A stretch of DNA of 63,214 nucleotides, filler included, from Octopus bimaculoides (Eukaryota): NCBI RefSeq assembly GCF_001194135.2. It is 6 parts of 6 records of this genome, joined end to end, with 100 filler letters (N's around TTAATTAATTAA, not from the genome) between each part and the next. Parts side by side here need not be neighbours in the genome. Positions count along the whole stretch, not along the records: positions 1 to 30,371 come from NC_068994.1; positions 30,472 to 44,970 come from NC_068984.1; 4 more parts are not named here. One strand, 5' to 3'. The number at the start of each line of letters is the position of its first letter. Position 1 is the first letter of the stretch. Positions 24,531 through 36,350 of the stretch are shown here, in pieces. Position numbers and translations under genes: made by a program. The notes under the pieces were generated by a model that did no database searches, had not been told where the DNA came from, and worked only from the letters and a program-made list of their open reading frames with translations.

Positions 24531-26871
24531 GTAAGATTTGTCAACAATATTAAAACAATATCTTTGATGCATTTCTCAGTTTGCTCTTTGTCATAAATGT
24601 AAAATATCTTATAATAAAGAAAATATTTTAGTTTTAACAGTTATAACTGTTATAGAATTTACAACTTCGAGTGTATGGTAAATATAAATATTGTTTCTAC
24701 GTCGTCTGCTGTGTTTTAGGCTTTGGGGATTTGTCAAGTTAAACTCTTGAATTATAATTAAAACATCGTAATTTATGCGGGTGTTTAAAAAAATATACCG
24801 AGCTTATTCTAGAATCTAAACTAACCAAAATTTCAATTGACTATCAAATTCTAGTTGTCATTGAGTCGGAGTGTGTGTGTGTATATATATATATGTCGAA
24901 ACATACATTTGAGTCTGGAGAGCCGCTTATCCAGCTAAGCGTTTTATAGGTACAAAACCAGTGGTCACTCTCTGACCGGCCATAGCAAACAACCTTATAT
25001 ATCTGTTATAGAATTTCAATTAAAAAAAAAACGAACAGGTAAAAACTATTTCATGCAACAACCCAAATTTCATTTACAAAATATTGTTTTAAGTTTAAGA
25101 TTTAACAAAAATATATTTATTAGTCACCTGAAACAAGTTTTAGTACCATATCAGTTATATTAAGAAAATTTGTTCGTATCATGGATATATTAAAAGAATA
25201 TTGTTCATATGTAATCAAAGAATATTATCAACTCTAATGATTTAATTTATTTATATAATTTGTAATTTTATTTGTAAGTTTGTTATAGCATGGAGATTTT
25301 CATGTTCATTTCTCTGTGACAAAAGGCGTTCTTTTCAACCGGAAATATTCGGCGTTTCACACCTTTGAAACTAATTAATTTGTTTTCTCCCGTGGTTCAG
25401 ATTATTATTGTTGCCGATGCAGACACCCAACGACCTCGGATTCTAGATTTCACCTAAAACAGATTATAATGCGTTGGACAAAATGCTTAGCAGCATTTCT
25501 TCAGCTTCTTTACTGTTCTGAGTTCAAATACTGCTGAGATCAACTTGGCCTTTCCTCCTTTCGGGGACGATAAAATGAAATATCAGTCAAGTACTGGGGA
25601 TCGATATAATCGGTTTTCCCTCTCCCCTTAAAATGCTAACCTTGTGCCAAAATTAGAAAAAATTATTTTCTTGTGGAATTTAAACATTTTAGTTTGGGGA
25701 TCGAATCAAGCTGTTTATGTCCTAGTAATCGAATTGCCTAGTTTTTTGTTTTAACATTAAAGTTGTTTAGCCACAACTCTACCTCGATCACTTAAATGTA
25801 TGATTAAAGAAGTTCCAGCCAGGACCATCCCATCTTCCTCAGCAGAGTCCACTTAGGCCCATATTATCCCATGAATTCTTTTCTTTGCACGATTTGGTAG
25901 TAGATCAGTGGGATAATTAATGTGGGATTAGTGTGGGATAATTAATGTTTACATCCTTTTCAATATAGATATTTGAAGTTCAGATATTTTATGAGAATTG
26001 TTGAAACAAGTATGGCTGTATAGTTAGAAAGTTTATTTTGTGATTACATGATTCTAAATTCTAGTGCACCTTGGGCAAGTGTCTTCTACCATAATTTCAT
26101 ATTGACCAATACATTATGAATGCAATTTGGTAGACAGAACTGTGTGAAAGTCCAGTATCGTCATCATCATTTTATGCCCACTTTCCTTGCTGGTGTGGGT
26201 TGGACAGGCTATCTCAATCCAAATTAATTTTTCTTTGGAATTAGTGCCTGTCTAGATGGGTTGGAGGACTGTTTCTCATTCTTGTGTTCCAGTTCTGACA
26301 CGCTTTCAACATCTGGATGCCTTCTGAGCACCAGCCACTTTACAGAGTGTACTGAGTGTATTTTAGTGTGGCACTAACACGAGAGGTCACCATCTTCTTA
26401 AATAGACAAAAGGGTATTTTCACTTGACTCTGCTTGTTTGCTAACCATTATAATAAAATGTGCTGTGTGCCTTTTATCATAGCACCAACACTAGTGAGAT
26501 TGCCTTGTGCCCTGCAACATTAAAAACCCATCATTATTCCAAAGGGTATCTAAATTCTAGGCAACATGTACTGAGAAGATAATAATTTGCAATATGCAAA
26601 AGAATTAATCAGTTAACAGGAAGTCTACTCAGACTGACTGTACTGTTACACAGGTGGCTCAAACTGGAAAACAGTTATTTAAGAATAACTAGGAGTTCTT
26701 AAATGTAATTTATTTTAACAGAACTATTGTAATAGAATAAACTTATGTTAATATCATAGGAATGGTGGGGTAGAGGTGAATAGTTACTTTTTAACGGAAC
26801 ATGAAAGTCATTGAGCTGCAGAGCCATTACCTCACCAGACAGATACTTAGTAACATTTTGTCTGTCTAAGC

Positions 26872-27144
26872 CAGGGGTTTTCAAACTGTGGTCCGCAGAC
26901 CACAGGGGGTCCGTGGACAGCAAATACTTTTTATGGGAAATTTGATTTTATATATGTTTTTTAATCAAAATCTTTTAATTGACAATAAACCTATTTATTA
27001 AATACTGTTAAATAAAGAAATGTAAAAATATGTTATTTTAAGCAAATATTTATATATAAATTTCATAAGCGTTTATAAGGGGGTCCCTAAGGTAAAGCCT
27101 GAAATATAAAAGGGTCCGCAAGTCAAAAAGTTTGAAAACCCCTG
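26872..27144. mobile_element. hAT (Charlie-type) MITE, same family, in VPS51 intron 1
   Basis: Perfect TIR CAGGGGTTTTCAAACT; perfect TSD GTCTAAGC (26864-26871, 27145-27152). Confidence 0.92.
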
Positions 27145-27329
27145 GTCTAAGCAACTACTGGGGTCAATTTGATCAACTAAACCCTTTGGTGTGTTGCCCA
27201 ATGTGACTGCAACCCAATGACTGAAACGAATAGAAGAATAAATGATACACCATAGCAAACATTCTCTTTTAACATAGATATAAATGGAATTAAAACTGTT
27301 TTAAAAATATGTGTATATTTTATTGACAG

Positions 27330-27619
27330 ATGAGGGGGATGCTGATGTACGCCGTAAGAGCAGAGGAATGTTGAAAATGTATTACGGAATAGACGAAGAG
27401 AAACTAGGTATGACAACTGTCGACCCATGTGACATTGACGGTGCCCATTTTAAGCATGATGTATTCCTTAACAAGCTTATCCGAGAGAAGTCTCTGACTG
27501 AGCTCATGGACAGAGAGACTGATGTAGTCCGTCAAATCCGTGCTCTGGACAGTGAAATGCAGACCCTCGTGTATGAAAATTATAACAAGTTTATAAGTGC
27601 TACTGATACAATCAGAAAG
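27330..27619 (+). CDS. VPS51: VPS51 coding exon 2 (Vps51 N-terminal domain)
   Basis: [20 protein letters not shown]...[39 protein letters not shown], containing the hallmark Vps51 motif [23 protein letters not shown]; acceptor tattgacag, donor AAG|GTAAGA. Confidence 0.97.
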
Positions 27620-28330
27620 GTAAGAAACCTCTTAAAACTGATTTGGTTGTGAAGTCATCTTGTAAGCTCTTATCTGTTGGTATTGATGTTGGTGATATAT
27701 ATTTTTATTCACTTGTTGTTTTAGTTTTTATTTCCTTAAAGTTATGTGAATCTCCCTGGTTCTTTATGAAATTTTCCATTTATTTTCTCTAGGTTTTTTT
27801 TTTTATTGTTTATGCTTATGTCTGAGAAAAATGGATATTATCCAAAACTACCATATAGGATGGCATAGAAAACATATGGACATATTAGATGAACCCTAAT
27901 TTCAGTAGTGCATATTTCGGCAAAAATATGGGGGTTTTAATGTATTAAAGCTTATGAAGGAGGGCTACTTTGCATATAGGACCTGGAATGATCTTTTTGA
28001 GACTTTTTTTTGTTTTTGAAAAAAATGCTTCTTATATGAACTCAAATGTGATAATGAAAACTCTCAAAGATAAGAGCAATGTGGAGGGATATAATGTTTG
28101 TATTGTTAAGGTGCAAGTATGACTGTTAGGTTAAGAAGTACCCCATATAACTACATGGGTTTGGGGTCAATCCCATTGCATGGCACCTTGGGTGAATGTT
28201 TTTGACCCACAGCCCAGGCTTGAACAGTAACTTGTGGATAGAATTTGGTAGACAGGAACTTCATGGCAGTCCATTGTGTGTGTGTATACATACATACATA
28301 CACACACACATACACACATTCACACACAAT

Positions 28331-28565
28331 ATGGCGGCGAGCTGGCAGAAACGTTAGCACACGGGGCGAAATGCTTAGTGGTATTTTGTCTGCCACTACG
28401 TTATGTGTTCAAATTCCGCCGAGGTCGACTTTGCCTTTCATCCTTTTGGGGGTTGATTAAATAAGTACCAGTTACGCACTGGGGTCGATATAATTGACTT
28501 AATCCATTTGTCTGTCCTTGTTTGTCCTCTCTGTGTGTAGCCCCTTGTGGGTAGTAAAGAAATAA
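28331..28565 (+). mobile_element. SINE family B (tRNA head + GCCTTTCATCCTTTCGGGGTCGATAAA core)
   Basis: Repeated at ~20575-20763(-), 25470-25660, 29565-29779 and 29780-29978 (tandem), 34750-34880(-), 35290-35517(-), 37680-37882, 48352-48578, 62690-62800(-). The core resembles the MetaSINE central domain (from recall). Confidence 0.85.
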
Positions 28566-29068
28566 CACATTCACGCACAATTTAATTGATGTTACAAATG
28601 TTTTTATTAACAAATGCTGACATGGGTTGGACAGTTTGACCAGAGCTGGCATGCTAAAGGCTGCACCAGGCTCCAGTCTGATTTGGCTTGGCTCATACTG
28701 CTGGATGCCCTTCCTAATGCCAACCACTATACAGTGTGTGCTGGGTGCTTTTAACTAGTGCCTTTTTTTCATGGCACCACCACAGGACCCTGGCAGGCCA
28801 GTCCTTTTCACCATTGATTGCAGCCTTAACACTTGTGCTGTGGAGGATGAGAAATCAATATTGTTGTCTCTGGTCTTGATAACTTATGGCATATTTTGGT
28901 TGAAGGTTGACAGCCAGCCATTTGAAATAAATGTTCTTTGAATACTGTAGTTCATTGCTTGTGTTGAATAAAAATAATTCTCAGTAACCATTTCTCATCA
29001 CAACACTGTGCATAACATTTCACCACTTCTAATTCATCCCGCATACAATTTATTTATCTTTATTTCAG

Positions 29069-29224
29069 ATGAAAAACGATTTTAAGAAAATGGAAGATGA
29101 GATGGATTTACTGGCAACCAACATGGCTTCAATAACAGAATTCAGTGCCAAGATTAGTGACACCCTTCAAGATCAACGACAGCAGATAACAAAGCTTGCT
29201 GGTGTTCATGCCCTACTAAAAAAA
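29069..29224 (+). CDS. VPS51: VPS51 coding exon 3
   Basis: [52 protein letters not shown]; acceptor tttatttcag, donor AAA|GTATGT; 156 nt, phase 0/0; continues the Vps51 sequence. Confidence 0.96.
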
Positions 29225-30174
29225 GTATGTTGCTTAACTATAACCCCTTTTTTATCATATTTCTGTTGAAATAAGCTGTTGAAGTGGTAGAATCATCAAA
29301 TCATTCCTTCATTTTGCTGTGACAATCTCTTTATAATATCAATACAATCTGGTAGAATAATTAGCACACCGGGAAGAATGCATAGTAGTAAATTGTTTTT
29401 TAGGAATATTTTGTTTTATTCTCATGAATCCTGTTATCTTACATTTGGGTTCATATTTCTGATGGAGTACATTGTCTATATCATTTAGTTAATCTAGAAG
29501 TTAATCAAGAATTTGGAGCAATTTAGTAAATCAATTAATGTCTTTATTAAACTAAGATAAGACTGTGAACTGGCAGAAACATTAGCACACTGGGCGAAAT
29601 GCTTAGTTGTATTTCGTCTGTCTTTTTGTTTCAAGTTCAAATTCCACCAAGGTCGACTTTGCCTTTCATTTTTTTTCAGGGTCGATGAATTAAGTACCAG
29701 TTACATACTGGAGTCAATCTAATCAACTTGAACCCCCCCCCTCCCAAATTTCGAGCCTTGTGCCTAGAGTAGAAAAGAATCATCAGCACACTGGGCAAAA
29801 TACTTGGTCACATTTTGTCAATCTTTACATTCTGAGTTCAAATTCCATCAGGGGCAACTTTGCCTTTCATCCTTTTGAGGTCGATAAAATAAGTACCAGT
29901 TGGGCACTGGAGTTGATGTAATTGACTAGTCCCCTCCCCAAAAAATTCTGGCCTTGTGGCAAAATTTGAAACCATTATTAAGGCAATGTTCAGTTGATGT
30001 CTAAACAAGGTGTCCTTTGACGGAAGGGTTTAATTTAAATATACATGTTTTAAAATGAACGATCTCAAGCTTGGTATTTAAGGTATTAATTCAATTATGC
30101 ATTTTCAAAAATCCTTTTACAAAAGATCTTTAGGATTTTAACAGCCTGAAATGTTTAAAATGTGTTCTTTAGAT

Positions 30175-30371
30175 CAGAGGCTTTCAAACTTTTTGACTTG
30201 CAGACCCCTTTATATTTCAGGCTTTACCTTAGGAACCCCTTATAAACGCTTATGAAATTTATACATAAATATTTGCTTTAAATAACATATATTTTTACAT
30301 TTATTTATTTAACAGTATTTAGCAAATAGGTTTATTATCAATTATACACACAGGATTTTTTTAATACATAC
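30175..30371. mobile_element. hAT MITE, same family, inverted and cut off near the gap
   Basis: Begins CAGAGGCTTTCAAACTTTTTGACTTGC, the reverse complement of the right end of the 19220 and 26872 copies. Confidence 0.8.
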
Positions 30372-30471
30372 NNNNNNNNNNNNNNNNNNNNNNNNNNNNN
30401 NNNNNNNNNNNNNNNTTAATTAATTAANNNNNNNNNNNNNNNNNNNNNNNNNNNNNNNNNNNNNNNNNNNN
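30372..30471. other. Artificial 100-bp scaffold spacer (44 N + TTAATTAATTAA + 44 N)
   Basis: Identical structure also at 44971-45070, 50561-50660, 58675-58774 and 61353-61452. Confidence 0.97.
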
Positions 30472-31017
30472 GAACATTCCACAACCGCTGACAGCAATAA
30501 AAATGCCTGTTTGGCTACGTTGGATTATTATTGTCCATAAAACACAAAACGGATATGTTGTATAAGCGTTTCGTTTCACTCAACAAAATTAAATTTCTAT
30601 ATTTCTAACATTTCACTTACACACCATGTTCCCGGATTATGTTTTCATTTTTTTCTCTTCTTTTACTTTTTTGGTGTCTCTTTAAATCGAAGCTTTGGTT
30701 CATTAAGCTCTCCAGATGTCTTCAGGTGCTATAATCGTCCACAATTTTTTATATAATCTCTTTGCACTTTATATACAAGATACCGAGTAAGAATTGAACT
30801 TTCATCTGCTTTTTAATATCCACTGAAACCCGGTAAGATTGCCATCGATTTAAAAAGGCCCATAACACGAAGAATATTCTACAGGCTTCACAAAACACAT
30901 CGGTTTCCAAGAAAATAATCAAGCTTCTTTTTTTCTTATATAACTTCTCATAACACCATCGGGTTTTTTTTCTCTATTCTAAATAGTAAAAGATAATTTC
31001 ATCTTCTTCAATGCGAG

Positions 31018-31523
31018 ACATTTATCCTCGTTTATCACAGGGATCTAGTTTTTTAAAAAAAGGGGTGATAAATGAATAAACTCCAAGAACATTGTAAATG
31101 GAATAAATGGTCGATTCATTGGCACCAAACTCATGACCCACCACAGCGAAGCTTCCACCATCACGCATTTTCTTGACCGCTTCTACCTTTCTCTGTAGAA
31201 AATACGCTCCTCTTCGCCATTCGTTAAGGTCAGGCGCCTTCTTAGTTTTCTGTTCACTGATCCCAGGTTGTTGGGTACATAAATCCGCATAAGAAATACA
31301 AAACCGTGCAACACGTTCATGTATATACAAGCAATAGCCAGTGCATTCTAGAGAACTGAGCACTGTGTGTTGTCGTTGGGGTGTTTTTGCTGACCAAACA
31401 GAATCTTCGACCCTGTATTATCACAGATCATTCCGTGATAAGCGTAAAATGGTTCACAATCGAACGTACCACGTTATCTTGGATCAGTGATAAATGAATC
31501 CGTGATAAACGAGGCTACATGTA
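31018..31523 (-). mobile_element. Tigger/pogo-derived non-autonomous element
   Basis: Inverted repeats containing CCTCGTTTATCAC at both ends. Internal QRKVEAVKKMRDGGSFAVVGHEFGANESTIYSI resembles the CENP-B-type N-terminal HTH of pogo transposases. Confidence 0.75.
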
Positions 31524-32182
31524 ATAGCTTCTTAACACACATATATACATATATATAATAAAACATATCAAGGAAACAATGAGATAACAAAGTTTTATAT
31601 TAAAATATTTGACATTTATAACATTTTCAATTTTATAAGAAATATATTTAGAAATGGTATTTCGTTGATAAAATCACAATCCGAGTATAGCACCTTATTA
31701 GAATGATGTTTTCCTCTTTTACTTTGCAATTTGGTATCGTAAACAATCGATAACATGTGTGCTTTGAATATAATTCCATGATATTTCTATATTATATAAA
31801 CTTTCAACATGGTATTTGATATTTAATAACTGTAAAAAAATTATTAAACATGATATAAATATTTATATGATATTTAAATTTGTTTATCGATTATTTCATT
31901 AATCTCAAACTAGTTTTACAAAATTATCGCCACCTAGCGGAGCTAACGGTATTTAATACATACTGCTTGTGTGTTTATTATATATTGTTATTTTCTTTAT
32001 GTTGTGTCCGCAAGTAAAATTCATAGATGGCGCTTTCATTCAGTTGGCTGGTATAACGAGCACCTGACCCTTGGGCGCCATTCGCGGAGTCTATATTACA
32101 AGAAGTTAGACCAAGTCTTTAGTGTAGGAGACCTTCAAAAAGATCATAGACACTGCCATCTCGCCTCTAAGTAAGCCAATAG

Positions 32183-32213
<31 letters not shown>

Positions 32214-32829
32214 CGTATGTACGTATGTATGTATGTATGTATGTATGTATGTGAATGCGTGTATGTATGTATATATGTATATTTGTGTATAAATGTATGT
32301 ATGTATGCACATATGTATGTATATATGTATGTATATATCTATGTATATATATANNNNNNNNNNNNNNNNNNNNNNNNNNNNNNNNNNNNNNNNNNNNNNN
32401 NNNNNNNNNNNNNNNNNNNNNNNNNNNNNNNNNNNNNNNNNNNNNNNNNNNNNNNNNNNNNNNNNNNNNNNNNNNNNNNNNNNNNNNNNNNNNNNNNNNN
32501 NNNNNNNNNNNNNNNNNNNNNNNNNNNNNNNNNNNNNNNNNNNNNNNNNNNNNNNNNNNNNNNNNNNNNNNNNNNNNNATATATATATATATATACGACG
32601 GGCTTCTTTCAGTTTCTGTCAACCAAATCCACTCACAAGGCTTTGGTCGGTCCGAGGCTATAGTATAAGACACTTGCCCAAGGTGCCATGCAATGAGACT
32701 GAACCCGGAACTATGTGGTTGGTAAACAAGTTTCTAACCACACAGCCACGCCTGCGCCTCCGCACAATCGCGCATGCGCTTCCACTCAGCCACGCCTGGT
32801 TGTGATTTGTATGTATGTACGTATGCATA

Positions 32830-33850
32830 TAATTTTGTCTCTACTAAATTCGTGCGTCGGTGTCGTGCTTGTGGCCAAAGTTAAGGTTGTTAGCTGTGTA
32901 TATTCAGCATGTCAAGTGGTAGAATGAGTTTATGAGTGAGTAGTTGGTGGTGAATGTACTTTGTTAAAGTTTATTCAGACTTGGTTTATAGTTTTATATG
33001 AATGTATTTTCTATGTTTACTCGTGCTTGGTCAGTGGTTTTGACTTAACAAATATAAAGTGGGAAAACTTAGAATTTGTTGGCGATGAATTGTAAGCCTA
33101 TTTCTGAGTGTAAGTTTTGTTTGACCTATGTAATTCTCTTTACATCCTTTACATTTAATAGCATATATTAATTTTTTATTTTTTTTATTTTACGAACTGG
33201 TGATGTTTTTATAGCAAAAAATCTGTCCTGATTTAAATTTATATGTTTTGTCGTCTATGAGGTTGATACAAGTCCCGCAATTAGGTCGGCCACACTTTTT
33301 GACTGTTGGTGTGGAGTTTGTGGAGGATAATTTAGCGCTGACGAAAAGTTTTTTTGGGTTTTTTTAATGATTTTGGTTGTCTTTTGCTTTTGATTATTTT
33401 ATATATTTCGAGTGCTTGTTTCATTCTTGGGCCTTTTCTCAATCGTGGAATGTTCTTTTGAATAATTTTATAAATCTCTAAGTTTTGGGTTGTGTTGTAA
33501 TAAAAGGGTAGAATTTTGGGTGAATCTGAAGTGATTTTTCTTTATTTTATGTACTTCTTGAATATCTATTGCTTTGGCACGTTCTATTCCGTAATCTGTT
33601 AACATTGATGGACAATGTAGTATTTGATTTAATTTCTTTGACTTTTTGTATTACGAGTTTCAAAATTTGAAACAATTGTGAAGAGCCTGCTTCCTAGATT
33701 AAATGGAACATTAGTCTTCGTGTATTTCAGCTGGAATGAGGAGAACAGGCATTGTTTAGAATCTGTTGGTTTGTAGTGAATGTATGTTTCCGTGTTTGTG
33801 TTTGTCATGAATGCCCAAGAATGGCGGTTTTGTTTTTACTGTATTCCATG
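32830..33850 (-). mobile_element. Penelope-like element fragment (RT thumb and linker)
   Basis: HYKPTDSKQCLFSS...TKTNVPFNLGSRLFTIVSNF and KILPF/ITT; frameshifted. Confidence 0.8.
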
Positions 33851-34679
33851 GTGAAGGTAATAGTATAGCTTATGCTGTTAATTAGCTTTTTGAAATCAAT
33901 AAGCTGTTTAAATATCTACGTCTACAGAATAAGGTAGCCATCTAAGTTTAAACTTCTTATATATTTTAACAACTCATCTCCTCCATTTTAAAATAAATTG
34001 ATGCTTTTTATGGGACTTCATTCCATAAATTCATCATACATTNNNNNNNNNNNNNNNNNNNNNNNNNNNNNNNNNNNNNNNNNNNNNNNNNNNNNNNNNN
34101 NNNNNNNNNNNNNNNNNNNNNNNNNNNNNNNNNNNNNNNNNNNNNNNNNNNNNNNNNNNNNNNNNNNNNNNNNNNNNNNNNNNNNNNNNNNNNNNTATAT
34201 ATATATGAGAGATGGGGTGAAGGAGAAAGAAAGAAAGTAAGACAGAAAGAAGGAAAGAAAGAACGAAGGAAAGAAAGAAAACATTCCTATATGGTAGTAT
34301 TTTAAAACTACTACTTTTAGAGATGTAGACAGGCCATAAATAACATTTATAGTGGTAGCAGCAGCCGACGTCACGACATAGCATCACTAATTGATATAAA
34401 TTAGCCGAATTCTTTTGTCTACGCTTGGATTATTTTCACCATTGAATACGAGATGTTTATCAAGTAATGAGTTGTAACAGACGAACGAAATGACCGACAC
34501 ACCAGATTAAAACGATAAACAGACAGGCGTGGCTGTGTGCTAAGAAGCTTGCTTCGCAACCACATGGTTCCGGGTTCAGTCCCACTGCGTGGCACTTTGG
34601 GTGAGTATCTTCCACTGTGGCCTCGGGTCGACCAGAGCTTTGTAAGTAGATTTGGTAGGCGGAAATTAAAATCCCGTTG

Positions 34680-34736
<57 letters not shown>

Positions 34737-34985
34737 GTGTGTAATTGAGTGGTAGTTTATTTTACCACCCACTCCCAACTCCACCGAAGAGGTGAAAGAT
34801 AAAGTTGACCTCGGCAGGATTTGAACTCAGAACATAGCGACAAGCGAAATACTGCTAAGCATTTCGTCCAGCTCGCCGTCTTCGTAATAATAGTAATAAT
34901 AATGATAAATTGCAATCTCTCTTCGATGTTGTTACAACAAACACTAATTGGGCAAGTTGTTCTGGGAGGCATGAGGTGGGAGCAT

Positions 34986-35149
34986 TAGCGTAGCTAGAGA
35001 GTGTGCCGCCCGGAGCAGCCCTTTAGTTTTCTATCTCAGAGCCCCCACGAACAATACATATTATCTACAATAGACCCAAAAGTGGCTCCATCCCCATAAA
35101 AGTGCCGCTTGGGGCGGCCAACCCCCTTCGCCCCCCTCTAGCTACGCTA
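34986..35149. mobile_element. Short GC-rich TIR element (superfamily uncertain)
   Basis: Inverted repeat TAGCGTAGCTAGAG at both ends; no clear TSD. Confidence 0.55.
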
Positions 35150-35929
35150 GTAGTTGGGAGTGTAGAAGATACATTTCTCGGGACCCCGAAGCGAGTCCAT
35201 AAAAGAACTTCAGGATAGTAAATGATGTAATGCTAAGTTCGAACCGTCATACTTTATGTTGTGAGGGAAGAAGAAATTTAATGATTAATTAATAATATTG
35301 ATTTCAAATTTTCGGACAAGGTCAACAATTTTGAGGGAGGGGGCAAGTCGATGACATCGACCCCAGTATTTACAACTGGTGCTTATTTTATCGACCCAAT
35401 AAAGATAAACGGCAAAGTCGACCTCGGCGGAATTTGAACTTAGAAAGTAAAGACGGACCAAACACCGCTAAGCCTGTTCCGCGACAGGCTAACGATTCCG
35501 CCAGCACGCCGCCTTAACTAATTAATAATATTAATTACACATTATATAGTCATGCAGGGAAAGGAATATTACCTCAATAACTAATATAACTTTAATGTGA
35601 TCATGCCAAATACGGGTAACAATTCCCCTATTTGTTTCGGCTTTGTTAAACTTCTGCAGTTGAAGAAGAATATATTAATTACATACCTTTGCCTTCCGGG
35701 TTCAAATCCCGCCGACCTAATTTTTATCTTTCGTCCTTCTGCAGGCCGATAAAGTAAATCGCTGATCAAATATTGAATTCAGTAAAATAGAAATACGCTC
35801 TCCGAAATTTGGGGCTCTGTGTTTATGCTAGAAATTAATATTTTCCTATTTCTGGCCCTCATATACAGATCCCCCGAGAGGGAAAGGTTGTTAAAACCCA
35901 AATTCGCTATCTTCAATTCGGTTCTCATG

Positions 35930-36350
35930 TCTATCCTCAATTATGGTCATGTATCTTGAGTAATGAGTGAAAGAGCAGGATCATAAGTACATGCGGTCGG
36001 GATGGGGTTCCCGCTGGAGTGATGTTACTCGACAGGGTGCCTTGCTCAGAGATCAGACAGTCTCTCCCAGTCGAGCTGAGAGATCACAGTTCTGGTATTG
36101 CAAACATGTGATTAAAATGTTGCAGGTAAAAAAAAAAAGAAAGAAATCGCAGGATGGATTCTTCGAGCCGAGACAACTGGTGAGAGACCTAAGGGTAGAG
36201 CGAGTATGAGATGGTTGGTTGATAACCATAGTCTTAGGTGGTCATGCTTGGAAATCCGGCTGAAGAATGTAATAATGATTTGTTTCGGACCATATGGAGG
36301 AAATGCCTGAGGACTCTACCACCACAAACCCGTCCAGAGATAATTATGTG
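35930..36350 (+). mobile_element. Degenerate RTE-type LINE 3' fragment
   Basis: Broken frames including RPKGRARMRWLVDNHSLRWSCL (G-R-P/RW-D type motif). Confidence 0.45.

Noticed and set aside
27311-27652. VPS51 as a single ORF starting at 27311
   Set aside because: The ends are intronic; splice sites define 27330-27619 and the true start is at 24512.
30416-30427. TTAATTAATTAA recurring five times as a possible biological repeat or CRISPR-like spacer
   Set aside because: Always centred in exactly 44+44 N; an assembly linker. No CRISPR array is present.
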